Assembly: GCF_009914755.1 (NCBI RefSeq)
Contig: NC_060946.1
Strand: one strand, 5' to 3'
Length of the DNA stretch: 64,000 bases
Source of the DNA: the human T2T-CHM13v2.0 reference genome, Homo sapiens
Shown: one piece after another, positions 1 to 19,725 of the stretch
How the letters are laid out: every line of letters starts with the position of its first letter
Numbering within the stretch: position 1 is the stretch's first letter
The notes under the pieces: generated by a model
The model's input: the letters and a program-made list of their open reading frames with translations, nothing else
Told to the model about the DNA's origin: nothing
Databases searched by the model: none
Made by a program: the position numbers and the translations under genes

Positions 1-391
1 AAACTAGTTTTTCACCAACCCGAAAGACCCCTCTGCTGAGTCTCTTGAGGAGTTCTTCATTGCTCTTTAAAACCTAATTTGGGTGTGCTTTTAACTACAG
101 ACACCCTCTCACCCTTCCCTCTCCCGCTGGAGTTTACCATGTCCTTCTCTCTGCTTTTGCTCTCTGTGTATTATACATACTTATATCACTTCGTAATGTC
201 ATTTTTTTTCTTATTAAATTGAGCTTCTTAAAGGTAGGAGCCATGGTTTATGCATTCCCTGTGTCAAAAAATGGAGTCTGGCTTATAGTAGACTAACCAT
301 AAAGGTTTTCATTGAAAATATCCACATCTCTATTTATTAAGAAATAGCACATTATGACTCCTACCATTAAATATATTGTTATATCTCTCAG

Positions 392-653
392 GGTCAACAG
401 CCAGCCCCGCAGGTCCAGCAGCCAGGCCTGGTGACTCCAGTTGCCCAAGGGATGGGTTCTGGAGCACATACAGCTGATCCAGAGAAGCGCAAGCTCATCC
501 AGCAGCAGCTTGTTCTCCTTTTGCATGCTCACAAGTGCCAGCGCCGGGAACAGGCCAATGGGGAAGTGAGGCAGTGCAACCTTCCCCACTGTCGCACAAT
601 GAAGAATGTCCTAAACCACATGACACACTGCCAGTCAGGCAAGTCTTGCCAAG
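392..653 (+). CDS. EP300: EP300 exon 4 (TAZ1/CH1 zinc finger, N-terminal part)
   Basis: ctctcag|GGTCAACAG...TGCCAAG|gtaagt; encodes [21 protein letters not shown]...HCQSGKSCQ; 262 nt. Confidence 0.97.
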
Positions 654-810
654 GTAAGTGGACCCACAGGGTTACTGTACTTAGCAATTTTTACAGCCAG
701 GGAGAAGAAGGAAAATGTGATCAAGTCTATTTTGTGGTGATGGATATGTTTAATACCTTAATTGTGGTGATGGTGTCTGTATGTACAAAGTCACCAAAAT
801 GTATACATTA

Positions 811-2216
<1,406 letters not shown>

Positions 2217-2518
2217 AAAACACACTATCGTTTTTGTGAGCAAGTATCTAAGGATGTGAGAAGAGAATAAATTTTAAAGGTCTTCCCATGTGGTGATCCT
2301 CATAGACTTTGATTTTTATTTGCCCTAGCATAGCATACTTTAAATGTTATTGAGGGTTTGCTAACTGTCATGTAGGCAAGTGTTCAATTTAATACAATTT
2401 ACTGCAGTCATTTTTACCCGATCTAATACAATTTGTATGAAGTCATTAAAAAGTGTTCTTATAGGCATGTGTGTCATAACATTGGTTTAGAGTACATTTG
2501 CTTAGAATAAAGTAGGTT

Positions 2519-2745
2519 GTGTATAGCATGGTGAAAAATGAGGGCTCTTAAGCCAGACTGCTTGAGGTTGAATCTCACTTTGAGTACTCTGTGACTTTGT
2601 GCAAATTGCTTACCCATTCTTTTTGCCTTTCTTGACTGTGAATTCTGAGTATTAATAGGAGCTACCTTATAGGGCTGTTAGGAAGATGAAATAAGTTAAT
2701 GCATTTATGTTACTTATTAAGTGGTCAACAAGTTAGCTATTATTA
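2519..2745 (+). mobile_element. MIR element
   Basis: agccagactgcttgaggttgaatc...tgtgactttgtgcaaattgctt...accttatagggctgttaggaagatgaaataagttaatgca resembles the MIR core. Confidence 0.65.
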
Positions 2746-2795
2746 ATGTAAAAACATTAACCTGCTCTTGAAAAAATATGTTTTCTTCTCTTTAG

Positions 2796-2909
2796 TGGCA
2801 CACTGTGCATCTTCTCGACAAATCATTTCACACTGGAAGAATTGTACAAGACATGATTGTCCTGTGTGTCTCCCCCTCAAAAATGCTGGTGATAAGAGAA
2901 ATCAACAGC
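2796..2909 (+). CDS. EP300: EP300 exon 5 (TAZ1, C-terminal part)
   Basis: tctttag|TGGCACAC...CAACAGC|gtaagt; [30 protein letters not shown]; 114 nt. Confidence 0.97.
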
Positions 2910-3073
2910 GTAAGTGATGAAATCTTTTGAAGGTTTATATGAAAAGTTTTAAAGTCTCACCAGTGCCATTTATAGTACTACTTGATTATGTGAGGGACCT
3001 GTGGTGTTGTACTATGTTGAATAAATGTTTTTTTCCCTTTTAATTTTTCTGCTTCCCTAGTGCATAGAATTGA

Positions 3074-3470
3074 ACTGCTTAGGGAGTTTGAGGCTGCAGT
3101 GAGCTATGGTCATGTTACTGCGCTCCAGCCTGAGTGATGGAGTGAGAACCTGCCTCAATTAAAAAAAAAAAAAAAAAGAAAGAAAAAACAGTGCAGTGGC
3201 TCATGCCTGTCATCCCAACAGTTTTGGAAGCCAAGGCAAGAGGATTCCCAGGAGTTCAAGACCAGCCTAGGCAACTTAGCAAGACCTTGTATCTTCCAAA
3301 AACTTTAAAAATTAGTTGTGTGTGGTGTGCCTGGCTGAGATGAGAGGATTGCTTGAATCCAGGAGGTGGAGGCTGTAGTGAGCTATGATTGTGGCACAGC
3401 AGTCCAGCCTGGGTGACACAAGGATACCCTGTCTTTAAAAAAAACAAAACAAAACAAAACAAAAAAAACA
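3074..3470 (+). mobile_element. Alu monomer plus AluJ-like element, intron 5
   Basis: Alu motifs and A-rich tails. Confidence 0.85.
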
Positions 3471-4294
3471 ACTGAACACTGCTTAACATCCAAAATAAGA
3501 TCCAGGAACTCTCAATACTTATTATTTATACAAACAGCAATAGGTAAATTTATGTTCTGCTTTGAACCTATGAAAATTTAAAGACCGTTGCTTTGGCATT
3601 GGGCAAGTTATTCTTTTATACTATACTTGTGATCTAAACGTTCCAGGTACTTGGAAATTATTTTAAAAAGAAAAAATATGAGATTATTTTTATAATATTG
3701 GGATATAGAAGAGCTTTTTTTTTTTAAGAGAAAAGACGAGATTAACACTTTAAAATTGTAACTACCACATCTCTATAGCAACAAAAATTTAAGCTTTTAG
3801 GGTTAAAGGACAAATTTGGGAAGTATTGTACAGCATTTGAAAATGGAATTAAATTTTATAACAAGAATTGGGAATAGAAAATAGACAATTCACCAGAGAC
3901 GGGAGGAGAGAGGGGAACTCCCAATATAATTCACTATTAAGAAGAGAAATAAGGTATCGTTTCTCTCCTGTAGTGTAGGCAGAAATGATGCTGCCGGGTG
4001 TTGGCAGTTGAATGGCTCCAAAGCATTCATACAGTGTTGGTCGGAACATTAATAAAGCCCTTTGGGAAGGCTATTGGGCATTCAGAATCAAAAGCCTTTT
4101 ATACCAGTGGTCCCCTTTACCAATCAGTTCTGCATCTAGAAATTTCTTCCAGGAAATAATGGAAGACAAGATCCACATACTCAGATGTTTCATAATCACG
4201 TAACAATAATTTTGTGGGGTTTTTTATTAGACATGTTAGTCTTTTTTTTCTCACCAGCATTAATTTGTAATACTATATCTTTTGTCTTCTCTAG

Positions 4295-4540
4295 CAATTT
4301 TGACTGGAGCACCCGTTGGACTTGGAAATCCTAGCTCTCTAGGGGTGGGTCAACAGTCTGCCCCCAACCTAAGCACTGTTAGTCAGATTGATCCCAGCTC
4401 CATAGAAAGAGCCTATGCAGCTCTTGGACTACCCTATCAAGTAAATCAGATGCCGACACAACCCCAGGTGCAAGCAAAGAACCAGCAGAATCAGCAGCCT
4501 GGGCAGTCTCCCCAAGGCATGCGGCCCATGAGCAACATGA
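4295..4540 (+). CDS. EP300: EP300 exon 6
   Basis: ctctag|CAATTTTG...AACATGA|gtaagt; ILTGAPVGLG...IERAYAALGLPY; 246 nt. Confidence 0.97.
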
Positions 4541-4885
4541 GTAAGTTTGTGTCATCCTAATAACATGGTATTGGTTGTGTCAGTAAATGACATCTATAAA
4601 CACAGTGTTGTTAGCTCCTTTTTATTTTTTCTGCTACATGATTTTTTAAGTAATTTTTTAAAGATTACAGTGTAAAAGGTCCCTTACAGTTCATCTACGA
4701 GAGGTAACTGCCACTGGTTTGTATCTTCCTTGATCCTTTTTTGCATTATATGAGTTCAGATTTGCAGAAATGAGATCCCATATGTTATTCCACAACAAAC
4801 TTTGATTAATACTGTGTAGACGGGCCGGGCATGGTGGCTAACACCTGTAATCCCAGCACATTGGGAGGCCAAGGTGGGTGGATCA

Positions 4886-5421
<536 letters not shown>

Positions 5422-6378
5422 TGACCTCGTGATCCACCCACCTGGGCCTCCCAAAATGCTGGGATTACAGGCGTGAGCTACTGCACCCGGCCCAACAATC
5501 TCTTACAGATGGACATTGAGATCTCCAATTATTCTGCTGCTTTAAACTATACAACAGAAATTGTGTTTTGACTTGAGGCATTTTGGGCTGAAACATATAG
5601 AAATGAGTGTAGTTGGTAATGATTTCCTCATGTCTGGCAGGAGGAATAGTGTGCCTTTTCAAATAGTTTTTTTGTGACTTGTTTGCCTCACTTCCTGTTT
5701 TATGACTGAGAGGGAAGAGGGAGAAGTGTTCCAGTATCCTAATTTGGGGATATATATGTTTCTCTGATTGCATATGATAACATTGGAAGAATTGTTCTAA
5801 TATCTTAATTTTGGGATATGTATGTTTCTCTAATTGCATATGATAAAATCAAACAGCTTTTTTCTGTGTCTATCCCTCTGCTGTCAAGCAGTTCAAATAT
5901 CTAAGCTATTTTGTTTGAGTAGTTAGACATCCAGCATTGTAGAGACCAGGTCTTGTCCAGGTTGGTCTTGAACTCCTGGGCTTAAGCAATCCTCCTGCCT
6001 TGGCCTCCCAGAGTGCTGGGATTACAGGCATGAGCCACCGCACCTGGCCTAAGATTATCCCGCCCCCCCACCCCCACCCCGGAAACAGAGTCTCGCTGTG
6101 TCACCGAGGCTGGAGTACAGTGGCACGATCTTGGCTCACTGCAACTTCCGCCTCCTGGGTTCAAGCAGTTCTTCCTGCCTCAGCCTCCCAAATAGCTGGG
6201 ATTAGAGGCACCTGCCACCACACCCAGCTAATTTTTTTTTTGGAACGAAGTTTTGCCATGTTGGCCAGGCTGGTCTTGAACTCCTGACCTCAGGTGATCT
6301 GCCTGCCTCAACCTCCCAAAGTGCTGTGATTACAGACATGAACCACTGTGCCTGACCCTCTAAGATTATTTTTTAATA

Positions 6379-6568
6379 CAGATTGAGTATCCCTTTTCCT
6401 AAATGCTTGAAAGCAGAGTACTTTAGATTTTTTTCGGAGTTTGGAATGTTTATATTTGCTGGTTGAGTTGAGAATCCCAAATCCAAAAATCAAAATGCTG
6501 CATTGAGCATTTCCCTTGAATATCATTCACAAAGTTTTGGATTTCTGTATTTGGGATGCCAACCAACC
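6379..6568. mobile_element. Tigger4/MER46-type MITE (Tc1-mariner DNA transposon relic)
   Basis: TA followed by cagattgagtatccc terminal repeat, internal gagaatcccaaatccaaaaatc, ending gggatgccaacc. Confidence 0.65.
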
Positions 6569-7185
6569 CATACTGCTATTTTTTACTTTCTTCCTATTTT
6601 CCACTGCTGTGTTCTGTTGCTCCCATTTTTGGTTTTTGAATTAATCTTCAGGACATTTTTTTCTTTCTGTTTTTCTTTACTATATAATAACAGTATTTTC
6701 AAACCAGTGATCTGCTTTTAAGCACATGTTGAGCCACTGTGCAGTAAAGTTTAATGCTCCTGTTTTCAAAACTGTTGAACAACTGTTTTGTCAGAAACTG
6801 AAAGTTATGAGAGTGAAATGCAAACATTTTTAGACCCATCAATTTTGATTTTGACTTTTAATAATTTAAGATCTAAAATGCTAGATAGTGACATGGAGCT
6901 TCTTGTATTCAAGTTTGTAAGTCAGATTTTGCAGTCACTGGCGTGACTATTTTAGACAGTTGTGCTAATGCTCATTGTACCAGACCATTTCTATTTTAAT
7001 ATTCTTTAGATTCTTCATTCCTGCCCTGTTGTTATTGTTTATTACTTGGTCTGTTGATTTCATTCTTTTCTTTTTTTTTTTTTTTTTTTCTGATTTCATT
7101 CTTGAAAGTAGTATTTTCAAGGAGGATGTTTTTCTTGAGTTTTACCTAATCAGGGACTTAGATAAGTTTTCTTAGATAAATTATG

Positions 7186-7335
7186 GATAACTAGAAACGT
7201 ACGTGTGTGTTTGAGTTTGGTCTCGCTGTGTGCATGTGTGTTTTTGAGACTGGGTCTGATAACTGGAAACGTACGTGTGTGTGTGTGTGAGATTGGTCTC
7301 ACTGTGTGTGTATGTGTGTGTTTGAGACTGGGTCT
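7186..7335. repeat. Imperfect two-copy tandem duplication (~72-78 bp) at an Alu tail
   Basis: gataact(a/g)gaaacgtacgtgtg...tttgagactgggtct occurs at 7186-7257 and 7258-7335. Confidence 0.85.
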
Positions 7336-8720
7336 CGCTGTGTCACCCAGGCTGGAGTGCAGTAGTGCGATCTTGGCCTGCATCCTCTGCCTCCTGGGCT
7401 CAAGCGGTACTCCCACCTCAGCCTCCCAAGTAGCTGGGACCACATACGTGCACCACCACGCCTGGCTAATTTTTGTATGTTTTGTAGAGACAGGGTTTCG
7501 CCATGTGGCCCAGGCTGGTCTTGAACTCCTGAGCTCAAGTGATCGCCTGCCTCGACCTCCCAAAGCAGTTTGTGTTTTTCGTTACTTCCATGACAACCAG
7601 TACTAACTAGTTAAATAATTATTGAGTGACGAGTTTTTAAGCAGGACTAGGAAAAGGGATGAGGAGCAATCTTGCCTTTTCAGGCTTCCTTTTACCTCTT
7701 CTGTATTGAAAATAACATGTACAGCGGTAATGGAAAGTTGGACCTGGACACTAGCATATTTTCCCCTCTTGTTTTATATCTTCTGTCTTGGAATGAGCAT
7801 TGCTTTTTTCTTTCTTTCTTTCTTTTTCTTTTTGAGACAACATCTCACTCTGTCGCCCAGGCTGGAGTGTAGTGGCGCCATCTCGGCTCACTGCAACCTC
7901 CGCCTCCTGGGTTCAAGCGATGCTCCTGCCTCAGCCTCCAAGAGTAGCTGGGACTAGGCGCACACCACCACCTTTTTGTGTTTTCTTTTAGTAGAGACAG
8001 GGTTTCACCACATTGGCCAGGCTGGTCTTGAACTGCTGACTTCGTGATCCGCCCACCTCGGCCTCCCAAAGTGCTGGGATTACAGGACGCCCAGCCAGCA
8101 TTGCTTTTTTATCTCCCATTCCGTGTTACGCAGAATGCACTTACCTTTTTCCTTAAGTTTTAGTAGGTTGTTGTCTTCCCCTGGCCTGGAATTTCATTAC
8201 TGTAATTGGGTAGTTCCCTTTTGTTTTTCAAAGTTATGTTTATAGTTCCTATTATAGCTCTTTTCCTCTCATTATATTATCTTGCCTATGTACTTTTATA
8301 TATATGCACAATTATTTGAATGATAATTTTGGGGGATTTTTGCCCCCATTTCTTCGTGTCTTTTTATTTAGAATTAGATTTAAGATTACTCAAGTTCCCT
8401 TTGTTTTTATTTCTTCTGGTCTCCTGAAGTGCTGAGATTACAGGCGTGAGCCTCTGCGCCTGGTCACATTTGCTTTTTTTTTTTAAGTTATGTTTCGTTT
8501 TCTATGATTTACTGTTGGGTGCTTCATCTTTTTCTTACCTGTTTGTAAGGGTGCTTCAAATCAGCCTTTACATATGTGTTGCCAGTTATATTGTCAATTA
8601 TTTATTGTATATGCTGCAAATTTTTTTTCTGATTTGTCATTTGTTTCTTAACTTTATAGTATTTATTGTATGGTGGCTGTTGTATTTATTTCTGTCTCCT
8701 GTTATTTCATTTTGACTTAG

Positions 8721-8814
8721 GTGCTAGTCCTATGGGAGTAAATGGAGGTGTAGGAGTTCAAACGCCGAGTCTTCTTTCTGACTCAATGTTGCATTCAGCC
8801 ATAAATTCTCAAAA
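8721..8814 (+). CDS. EP300: EP300 exon 7
   Basis: acttag|GTGCTAGT...TCAAAA|gtaagt; ASPMGVNGGVGVQTPSLLSDSMLHSAINSQ; 94 nt. Confidence 0.96.
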
Positions 8815-8946
8815 GTAAGTCTTAACGTGATTTATACCCTGGGTCACATTACAAATACTACTGGTTAACAATTCATTGTTTGACTTTTGAACTTAGTTTC
8901 CTCGGTTTGAGGATGTCTTTGAATACAGATAGATGTTTGAGTCCAT

Positions 8947-12162
<3,216 letters not shown>

Positions 12163-13047
12163 AGGAATTCTTCAGTGGTAGCACTAAGTAACGGAATTTG
12201 ACAAGGAAAGAACTTCACAAGTTTAATGAAATTATTCCTTTAATAAAGAATAACCGATCTCTTATTTTGTGACAGACTATTCAGGAACTTTTATTTAATG
12301 GACAGAGATGATTATTTGGGGTTGATCATTTGACTTTACGTTAAAAGTTTATTATATATGCTCGAGTTTTCTACCAACTTGGTATTATTCTGGACTTCCA
12401 TTTATATCTTCTTGATCTGGTTCCTTCAAGTCCTATGCAACTGAGTACGGGATGTCCAAATAAAATTAGTGCCTAAAGATCACATTTGTCAGTCATAAGA
12501 GATACTAGTGCAAAACATTTTGTTAGGGAATTGCATGAAAGTGAAAAACTGAATCTAACAGAATCATTACGCATTTCTGGTCTGTCCACTTCAGGTTTTT
12601 GGTTTTTTGTTTGTTTTTTATAAGCCTTTGTCAGAACAGTTCAAGTTTTTGATGTTTTAACATTTTAGAGTGGTTACTGAATTTTATTTCAGTAAGCTAA
12701 ATAATAAATTTAGAAGAGCAGATGGAACTCTGAAGGCTACTTGATACTATGACAAGGCCTGTTTTCCTCACTGTCTTTAGTATGTAACCCAAAGTAATAT
12801 TTTGCTTTATGTCTAGAGTAACAGGGACCAAAGAGTATTTTTTATAGAGTCATTTCTTATATTGTGAACGGAAATATAGACAAAAATTCTTTTGTTTATC
12901 ACAAAAAGATAATTTCATTTCAGTAAGTAATATATATCACCTTGCCATTATTTTTTCTTTTCCTCTATGTGTTCAGTGTATAAAAATCAGAAAAATACTA
13001 ATTAAATGCTGACATGATATTACAGTGGTAGGATTTTCTTTTTCCAG

Positions 13048-13165
13048 CGTCCAAGCCATATTTCCTACGCCGGATCCTGCTGCTTTAAAAGACAGACGGA
13101 TGGAAAACCTAGTTGCATATGCTCGGAAAGTTGAAGGGGACATGTATGAATCTGCAAACAATCGA
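13048..13165 (+). CDS. EP300: EP300 exon 9 (KIX)
   Basis: ttccag|CGTCCAAG...AATCGA|gtgagt; [39 protein letters not shown]; 118 nt. Confidence 0.97.
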
Positions 13166-13955
13166 GTGAGTGTCTGGTTTTTTTCTATTAATAGCCAAGA
13201 TTGAACCTGTTGTGGTTATTTTATTCCTCTTTAGCATGTACAAGTAGTACATATGCTTCAGACGGGGGACACGCTGTAGCTATCCCGTCTTATTGTCCCC
13301 AAGCATAGTTAGGATACCAAAGCAGTTTCTTAAGTGTATGTCATCAAGAATCTTATGTTTTTCCTCCTAATACAGTGCACTCATGTGGCACTTTATCTGG
13401 TTGTCCTGTCAACCTAAAAAGTGGCTGAGCTGGCCGAGTGCAGTGGCTCGGTGCCTGTAATCCCAGCAGTTTGAAAGTCTGAGGTGGGCGGATCACTTGA
13501 GCCTAGGAGTTGGAGACCAGCCCGGGCAACATAGCAAAACCCCATCTCTACAAAAAATTAGCCAGGCATGGTGGCACGTGCCTGTTGTCCCAGCTGCTCA
13601 AAAGGCTGAGGTGGGGGAATCACCAGAGCCTTGGAAGTCAAGCTGCAGTGATTCGGGATTGCGCTGCTGGTGACAGAGGGAGACCTTGTCTCTCTCAAAA
13701 ACAGGAGTGGGGTGGTGCTGAGCTGTTACCAGCTGTGTTCTCTTTTCACTAGAATATAATGAAGTAGCGACTTAACTGTTGTTCACGGTAGTTCAGATTC
13801 TCTACATAAGTTGAACTTTCCTTTCTAAATTGGCACCAGTTCTTAATGCAGCATATAAAATGAAACTAATATCTATTCTCAGTTTATTTTTTCTGTTACC
13901 TGGTGGTAGTTCCTTTTTTCCTCATCTCCCTTATTTTACTTCAACAATTCAAAAG

Positions 13956-14130
13956 GCGGAATACTACCACCTTCTAGCTGAGAAAATCTATAAGATCCAG
14001 AAAGAACTAGAAGAAAAACGAAGGACCAGACTACAGAAGCAGAACATGCTACCAAATGCTGCAGGCATGGTTCCAGTTTCCATGAATCCAGGGCCTAACA
14101 TGGGACAGCCGCAACCAGGAATGACTTCTA
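13956..14130 (+). CDS. EP300: EP300 exon 10 (KIX end)
   Basis: caaaag|GCGGAATAC...ACTTCTA|gtaagt; AEYYHLLAEKIYKIQKELEEKRRTRL; 175 nt; weak AAG acceptor. Confidence 0.96.
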
Positions 14131-14551
14131 GTAAGTGTTTTTTGTTATATTTCTGTTTGAGAGAAATTGATAATAAAATAGTTTCTATCTAAAGTCATTA
14201 ATTTCTGTAAGCTTGTGTAACTATTCTAGAGTTTTTTAAATAACCATTTGCCTTTGCAAAGAAAATAACTCATCTACTAGTAAAAACAGAAGCAGAACAA
14301 GTATATTTAAGATGTCTGGGCATGGTACTTAACATACCTTGATAATCTGGAATTGTTTTTAGAGCCCAAGGTGTAAACTTCTCTAATAGTGACATCTAGA
14401 AAGCAATAGCCTACATACAGATGTTCACAGATTTCTCTGAGACTGGCTTGTGTGGTAAGTAGCCAGTAAATGTTTGTAGGCTGACCAGGTTCGGGAGCCC
14501 TGTAACACACATAATATCATATTACACTGTCACACTTTCTACTTGACATAA

Positions 14552-14797
<246 letters not shown>

Positions 14798-15574
14798 TGA
14801 TCTCAAACTCCTGGCCTCAAATGATCCGCCCACCTTGGCATCCCAAAGTACTAGGATTACAGGCATGAGCCACCACTCCCTGCCTAGAAGCATCATTTAA
14901 AATTACATTTTGACAGCTTCAGTTTCTGATTATAGCATCATTGTTGACCTGATGAATTAACCAGATAGCCAAGACTATGATAAATAGTCTTACTCAATCG
15001 TTGACTTATTGGTAGGATCAAAGTAGTGAAATATGGAGCAGGCACACCATTTTCAGGAATGGCACAGGCTGTAAGTGCTGTGAGCAAGGCTGTGATAGGA
15101 AAAACCTGCATTTACTGAGTTAGGAAATGCTAATGACCTCTAAGAAGTGCCAACTGAGCCAGCGGGCAGTAAACCTCATACGATCAGTAGATTATAGGTG
15201 GGCTGAGAAGTTCATCTCTTTCATTCATTGAAGTAGTAAAGTAGAGAACCATTGGTTACCACTGGCCTTTAGCAGCCTCATTTGCTAACTGAAGTGTGCC
15301 AGGTACTGTTTTGTAATGTGTAAAAAGTTGGGAGGAGCAACATTGCTGAGGAAATAGTATACATGGAGGCTGCCCAATAGTAAGGAAAAACACAGATTTT
15401 TTGAGTAGTTAGAACAAATTTTCAGGAATGAAAAAGTCAAGATTAGAGTTGAGACTGCTTCAGTACATGATTTGGACTTGAGTAGTAACTAAAGATTAAA
15501 AAAAGTAGACAGGCTGGGTGCGGTGGTTCATGCCTGTACTCCCAGCACTTTGGGAGGCCGAGGCGGGTAGATCA

Positions 15575-15841
<267 letters not shown>

Positions 15842-18800
15842 TTACTCAAGTTCTGGGTGAAGTTCTGAGCCAAGTTTAAAGTCTGTGAGATATTAAATTG
15901 TATTCTAATGTCAGTATAAACAGTATGGTACTGATGTAAGCAGGAATAAGTGGTAGTGGAACTGAGTATCAGCCTTAAGTATATGTTGACCTTTAGCTCG
16001 TACTAAATCTGACATTTTGTAGAATGAGATTCTTACCTTAACCTGATACACAGAAAATAATAGAAGCATAAAAGTGGTCGGGCATGGTGGTGGCTCACGC
16101 CTGTAATCCGAGCTCTTTGGGAGGCTGAGGCTGCAGATCACTTGAGCTTAGGAGTTCAGAACCAGCCTGGGCAACATGGTGAAACTCTGTCTCTATAAAA
16201 AATACAAAAATTAGCCAGGCATGGAGGTGTGTGCCTGTAGTCCCAGCTACTCAGGAGGATGAGGCAGGAACATCACTTGAGCCCAGGAGGTCAAGGCTGC
16301 AGTGAGCTGTGATTGTGCCACTGCACTCAAGCCTGGACAACAGAGTGAGATCCTGTCTTTAAATAAATAAATAAGGTTTGTAAACTTTGAAAAAACAAAA
16401 TTGAAAGAACTACGTAGAATGTTGAAGAAAACATAACATTCTCATCTTCATGTTTCTTTAACATTTGTTTTTTTGTTGTTGGTTTTGTTTTTGTTTTTTT
16501 TTTGAAACAGTCTCTCTTTGTCACTCAGGCTGAAGTGCAGTGGCACCATCTAAGCTCACTGCAACCTCTGCCTCCCAGATTCAGTTGATTCTTGTACCTC
16601 AGCATCCCCAGCAGCTGGAATTACAGGCATGCATCACCACACCTAACTAATGTTTTGTATTTTCAGTAGAGACAGGGTTTCACACCATGTTGGCCAACCT
16701 AGTCTCGAACTCCCGGCCTCAAGTGATCCGCGTACCTTGGTCTTGCAAAGTGCTGGGATTACAGGCTTGAGCCATCACACCTGGCCACGTTTGATTTTTT
16801 TGTTTTAATACAAAGAATACAGTTATTATAGAATCAGAGAGTGGCAATGGCAGGACTATGTGTATTGGCCTAAAAATATGCCCATAGTAAACTTATGTAA
16901 CGTGTACCATCTTGAAAAAATAATCCCGGTTGTTAATGGAGTTGAAGGTAGGTAACTCTTTCCTTATTAATTTTTTGCAAAGATACGAAGTTTCAGGAAA
17001 AGCTGATGACAGAAGTATGCATGTTATAGTCTGAGTTTTTTTAAGTGTGGCATATGCCCTAGAAAAAGTTCTGGAAGAAGTAAATACTAATCTCTGAACA
17101 TGGGCTTCTGATGGGGGCAGTGGAATTCCAGGATACTTGTGTTGTGTGATAAAGGGTTTTTGATTATTTGACTTAATGCATACAGTTTGCATTAAGGGCA
17201 TATATATTGAAATGTGAAAGATGGACATTTTTGTTTGTGTATATTTTCTTTACCTCTAAATATTTATATATATACATTTTTGAGATGGGGTCTGTTTCGC
17301 CCAGCCTGGAGTGCAGTGGTGTGATCTCGGCTCACTGCATCCTCCATGCCTCCCAAGCTCAAGCAATCCTCCCACTTCAGCCCCCCAAGTAGCTGGGACC
17401 ACAGGCACACGCCACCATGCCTGGCTAATTTTTTTTTATTTTTTAGTAGAAACAGGGTTTCTGTATGTTGCCCAGACTAGTCTCGAACTCCTGAGCTCAA
17501 GATATCCACCCACCTCGGCCTCCCAAAATGCTGAAATTACAGGTGTGACCCACTGCGCCCAGCCTTTAAATATTTATCTTAAAAAATAGTATCAAGATGT
17601 TCCTTTAAATAATTCATCAAGTTTCCTTAAAATGACAAGAGCTGCCTCATGGAGCAATAATAGATACATTCGTATCTGCATCATATGGGGCAAATGTGGG
17701 CAGTAGGATTGCGGTTTTATTTTTAAACCATTTTCATTTGATTAGTCTCAAATACTTAAAAATCAGAAGATTTTGCATTTAAAAAGTCTGAATTTCTGGC
17801 TGCTTTAAAAAAAAAAGGACATGTCTGGCAGACTTGACCCCCTTTCTCCTACAGTGACACCTGTCTATAGCTGCACTCATGGCTGACTCTAGAAGAGCTG
17901 TGTTTTCTCTCCACTTCAGTCCTCACCGTTCTCTATTGTTTTGGGTACTTAAAACAGTTTTACTTGGTATTAGCTGCTTGGCACTTGCCATTTAGCTTGG
18001 AACACCTATCCATATTGTTGACTTGAAAAAAAAGTTACTCATATCTTAGGTGAAAACATTGTTTTGTAGATAGTGTGCGTGAATACAGATATGTGTGGGG
18101 AGGAAGAGGAAAGGTTTATCTCAAGGTCATTTGTTGGATCCTGATTCATTTTTCTATTGATTTTTAATTTTTATGTAATGAGCATGGATTATGCATATAC
18201 TTCTTATAAAGCTTGCAGAGTTACAGATAAAAGTTTATATGAATAAATGTTGAGCATTTCCTCTCTCAGTTTTGCTCATTTACTAAAGGTTGAAATTTGT
18301 CTGAAGGGATGGACATCTCCTTAGAAGAGCAGCAGGTCTTCCTCTCCTATGCCTGAGGCTTGAATGTACAGCCCTTGATGGAGGGTATGGCCAGGGTGGA
18401 GCCAGGTCACTACAGACATCTGTCCTTTCCCAGGGTGCTGTAAAAATATTTTCTCTGTGCACTATGTTGAAAGTACTACACTAGAGCATGTGCAGATAAT
18501 CCAGGAAAAAGACCTTAGAATTTATGTATTTATATTTTAGGTTTTTTTTGAGACGGAGTCTCGCTCTGTCGCCCAGGCTGGAGTGCAGTGGCACGATCTC
18601 AGCTTACTGCAAGCTCCACCTCCCGGGGTCATGCCCCGGGTTCACGCCATTCTCCTGCCTCAGCCTCCCGAGTAGCTGGGACTACAGGCGCCTGCCACCA
18701 CGCCCGGCTATTTTTTTGTATTTTTAGTAGAGACGGGTTTCACCGTGCTATCTAGGATGGTCTCGATCTCCTGACCTCGTGATCCGCCCGCCTCGGCCTC

Positions 18801-19647
18801 CCAAAGTGCTGGGATTACAGGATATTTTATTTTTTTAAGAATTATTTCTGTTTTTGTATTTAAGAGGTACATGATATGTAGTGTGGTATAATATGCATAT
18901 TATTTAAAATCAATGTTCACAGTTTATGTGCATAAAAACGTTGTGCTACATGATCAAATTCGGCCACCATTAGACATGATTCATAGCTATTATCCATGGA
19001 GATACTCTGTTGCATGCCAACCAGACTCAGACTTTGTTAAACAATAACATATTAAATGCTATGATGGCCTCAATTTTTTTTTTTTTTTTTTGAGACAGAG
19101 TCTTGCTCCATCGCCCAGGCTGGAGTGCAGTCGTGTGATCTTGGCTCACTGCAACCTCCGCCTTCCAGGTTCATGCGATTCTCCTGCCTCAGCCTCCTGA
19201 GTAGCTGGGATTACAGGTGCCTGCCACCACGCCTGGCTAATTTTTTTGTATTTTTAGTAGAGACAGGGTTTCGCCATGTTGGCTAGGCTGGTTTTGAACT
19301 CCTGACCTCAAGTGATCCACCCACCTCAGCCTCCCAAAGTGCCAGGATTACAGGCGTGAGCCACTGTGCCTGGCCTATAATGGCTTCAATAGCTTATTTT
19401 TCTATCAACATTGAAAGCACCCGGGCTCATAAAGGAATACCAACAAATCCACTTGGAGGCATTTTTCTGTATTCCAGAAATAACATTTTCTTCAAGCTTC
19501 TGTCTAGTTCAGAGCTTTATTTTGTGATTCATACTCAATTTTCAAAGGTATTATTAAAAATATTTTGTGGGGTTTGTGTGTGCAGTGAGTTTTTGTTTGG
19601 TTAAGGGAAGATGGTGCAAAGATACTTATTTCTCTTTTTTACTCTAG

Positions 19648-19725
19648 ATGGCCCTCTACCTGACCCAAGTATGATCCGTGGCAGTGTGCCAAACCAGATG
19701 ATGCCTCGAATAACTCCACAATCTG
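19648..19725 (+). CDS. EP300: EP300 exon 11 (78 nt, symmetric phase 1)
   Basis: actctag|ATGGCCCT...CAATCTG|gtaaat; GPLPDPSMIRGSVPNQMMPRITPQS. Confidence 0.95.
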
